Positions 16,530-18,651 of a stretch of 18,651 bases of DNA are shown piece after piece. Numbering within the stretch: the stretch's first letter is position 1; each line of letters begins with the position of its first letter. Location: contig JANOTL010000221.1 of assembly GCA_031416315.1 (NCBI GenBank), positions 1-18,651 of the forward strand. Reading direction: 5' to 3'. A program made the translations under genes and the position numbers. The notes beneath the pieces are model-generated. The model saw only the letters and a program-made list of their open reading frames with translations, was not told the origin of the DNA and ran no database searches. This DNA comes from Pseudomonadota bacterium (lineage in GTDB: Bacteria; Bdellovibrionota_B; Oligoflexia; Oligoflexales; CAIYRB01).

Positions 16530-17863
16530 TCCCGGCCCTCTTGGCGCTCGCCGCGGTGCTGCCCTTCGCGGGCTGCCTCTCGACGAGCCTCTCGGACGAA
16601 TGGTCGGACCCCAACTTCAGCTGGGACACGTTGAAGCGCGATCAGATCTTGATGACGCCGTTGCTCGACCTGCGCGCGCAGGACAAGCCGGAGTTCTACG
16701 CGAAAGCGAAGACGGTCGCGTACGCGGAGGAGTTCAAGCAGCGGTTTTTCAAGCTGCGCAAGGACATCCGCGTCTTCGGCGCCGGCGGCGCCTTCGAGTA
16801 CGTCGCCGGCCTGCCGAATCTCGGGGCCATCGGCCGCGCTGCGTTCGCGCGCACGCCGCTGGGCGATGCGGATTTGAAGACCCTGCGCTCGGGGAATCAG
16901 GACATCCGGTTTCTGATGGTTTTCGCCATAACTGAAGAAAAGCTCGACTACGACGTCAGCTACACGTTCCGGAAGGACCAGCGCGACGACCTCATCGGTT
17001 ATCACTCCCATCGCAAAATCCGCGTGCAAATGGCGCTCTGGGACGCCAAGGAGAACAAGACCCAGTGGGTCGGCACGAAGGTCGCCGAGGCCGCCAACGA
17101 CAACCACGTCGCGGTCTTCAATCCCTCGAAAGTGCGCGTCAAGAAAAAGAAGGACGGCAAGGAATACTACGTGTGGGAGGGTCAGAGCCTCGCCATCTCC
17201 CTCGACTACGAGCGGCGGGAGCATGCCTCGCGCTTCCCGGATTTCCCCGGTCGCACCGCGCTCTTCGAGGGAAGCTTCGACGATCTGGCCCTCGGATTTC
17301 CGATCCAGCCCTCGGAAGAGAAGCTGATCGAGTACAGCTATTTTACCTATCACCGGCCGGAGGTGGCCGCCGGCCTGACGGCGCTCGGCTCATCGCCGTC
17401 CGGCTTCCTGCAGTTCGGCAGCTCGTCGATCCTGAACAATCGCTTCCGCTTCGGCGGCTTCCTCACGCTGACCGGGGCGCCGACGATTCGCTACCAAGAC
17501 GAGAGTTTCGAGGTGGGCGGCATGGCGCTCGGCCTAACCGCCGATCTCGAATTCGCCCCGGCTAAAGACGTCCGCGTCCTTACCGGAACCTACCTCGGCT
17601 GGGCCTTGTATACGATCAAACGCACTGCGGACTTGGCGGAGGAAGAGCGTGATCCGGAAGCCAGGCGAGCGGGCGAGAGCGACTCTGCCGCCGCCGTTTG
17701 GCCCCGGGTGCGCCTCCTCTTCGGCGAGCGCACGGGCTTTCAATGGGGACCGGAGGTCTCCTATCGCTGGCTGAACGGCATCGAGGCGCCGCTTCTGCTG
17801 GAGCATAAGCCGGCGCCTTTTGCGATCGAGATCTTTGCCGCGTTGGCGGTCCGCGGCTTTTAG
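16517..17863 (+). CDS. Lipoprotein with predicted C-terminal 8-stranded outer-membrane beta-barrel (448 aa)
   Basis: Lipobox PFAGC; 13-nt overlap with the upstream gene; the last ~170 aa contain eight amphipathic strand-like segments and end in Phe. Confidence 0.65.
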   Translation: MRRLIPALLALAAVLPFAGCLSTSLSDEWSDPNFSWDTLKRDQILMTPLLDLRAQDKPEFYAKAKTVAYAEEFKQRFFKLRKDIRVFGAGGAFEYVAGLPNLGAIGRAAFARTPLGDADLKTLRSGNQDIRFLMVFAITEEKLDYDVSYTFRKDQRDDLIGYHSHRKIRVQMALWDAKENKTQWVGTKVAEAANDNHVAVFNPSKVRVKKKKDGKEYYVWEGQSLAISLDYERREHASRFPDFPGRTALFEGSFDDLALGFPIQPSEEKLIEYSYFTYHRPEVAAGLTALGSSPSGFLQFGSSSILNNRFRFGGFLTLTGAPTIRYQDESFEVGGMALGLTADLEFAPAKDVRVLTGTYLGWALYTIKRTADLAEEERDPEARRAGESDSAAAVWPRVRLLFGERTGFQWGPEVSYRWLNGIEAPLLLEHKPAPFAIEIFAALAVRGF

Positions 17864-17881
17864 ATCAGAGCCTCACACGCT

Positions 17882-18364
17882 TCAGCGGTTGAGGAAGGCC
17901 AGATAATCCTCGGAGTTCACCTCGGGGACACAAGCGGAGCCGCACTTCGGACAGCCGCGCTCCGGTAAAAGCTTCTGCGGCAGAACTTCGTCGATCTCAA
18001 GGCGCGACTCGAAAGTCTGGCGGCAGGTCTCGCAGTGATACGGCGCGTCGAAGGAGCGCACGGCCTTGGACTCCGCGACGCCTTTGATTCCCAGAAAGGC
18101 GGGGATCAGGTTCGCATAGTCGACGAAGGTCACGGAGCAGTTTTGATAGCTGATCTCGGCCCGGCCCATGAGGGTGCGCAGAAAGTTCGCCCAGTCGCCG
18201 GCGCCGCGCGAGTCGATGACGTTGAGCTGTTGGCAGTCGAACGTCACCTTCGGCGTCTTCAGATCGAGAAGCAGCGCCGTCAGCTCCGCTTTCGCGCCGC
18301 CACGCAAGGTCCCCGCGAGGTAGACGACCGTATTCGTGCTAGTGGAGGTCACGTGGATCTGCAT
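17882..18364 (-). CDS. STAS-like domain protein with C-terminal zinc ribbon
   Basis: STAS-like VVYLAGTL...VTFDCQQLNVIDSRGAGDW (phospho-acceptor Ser position), plus CETC...CPKC. Confidence 0.8.
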   Translation of the reverse strand: MQIHVTSTSTNTVVYLAGTLRGGAKAELTALLLDLKTPKVTFDCQQLNVIDSRGAGDWANFLRTLMGRAEISYQNCSVTFVDYANLIPAFLGIKGVAESKAVRSFDAPYHCETCRQTFESRLEIDEVLPQKLLPERGCPKCGSACVPEVNSEDYLAFLNR

Positions 18365-18379
18365 GGGGTCAGAATACCA
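18365..18379 (-). promoter_or_regulatory. Candidate extended -10 promoter giving a leaderless transcript
   Basis: Minus strand TG-G-TATTCT, 6-nt spacer GACCCC, then ATG; no SD. Confidence 0.45.
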
Positions 18380-18389
18380 CGCGATGCGG

Positions 18390-18650
18390 TTACGGGCTGG
18401 TTTTCGCCCAGGAGTCCTTGAGCGCCACCGTTCGATTGAACACCGGTGCGCCAGGTTTGGAGTCCTTTGCGTCGAGTGAAAAGTAGCCGAGACGCTCGAA
18501 CTGGAACACGGCCGGCGCCTCGGCCCCCGCGAGCGCGGCCGCCAAGCCGCAGTCCGGTAGGGCCGCGAGTGAAAGCGGATTCAATAACACGAGAAAGTCC
18601 AAACCCGTCGAGGCGGCGTCCGGGTTAGCCGCGGTAAAGAGGCGGTCGTA
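18390..18650 (-). CDS. glnS: Glutamine--tRNA ligase, C-terminal part (5' end outside the window)
   Basis: Frame is open to the window edge: YDRLFT..NP...DF...LNP.SL...FQFERLGYF..D.KDS...PVFNRTVALKDSW. Confidence 0.9.
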   Translation of the reverse strand, partial: YDRLFTAANPDAASTGLDFLVLLNPLSLAALPDCGLAAALAGAEAPAVFQFERLGYFSLDAKDSKPGAPVFNRTVALKDSWAKTSP

Positions 18651-18651
18651 G

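Overview
GC-rich bacterial chromosomal segment with 16 supportable CDS. I found no rRNA, tRNA, CRISPR array or intact transposase. The gene content (TIGR02147-like HTH protein, STAS plus Zn-ribbon protein, many Cys-rich orphan lipoproteins) suggests Bdellovibrionota/Oligoflexia or a related deltaproteobacterial lineage; this is inference. Recognisable genes: pheA, an exported msrB-msrA fusion, a radical SAM/SPASM protein, a secreted S33-like alpha/beta hydrolase, a secreted two-CXXCH cytochrome c, a membrane-anchored ferritin-like protein and the 3' end of glnS. Most striking are seven predicted lipoproteins. Three of them (2862, 11508, 12503) share an N-terminal 'A..P..V.G[AS][FY]L..C ... C' module followed by a variable Cys-rich C-terminal domain (DUF1554/endostatin-like in two), which looks like a modular surface-display family. 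Intergenic regions hold candidate sigma54 (with upstream activator sites), sigma28 and leaderless extended -10 promoters, an RBS-occluding hairpin, and a possible IS end at the left edge. Family assignments come from motif recognition by eye; no searches were run.
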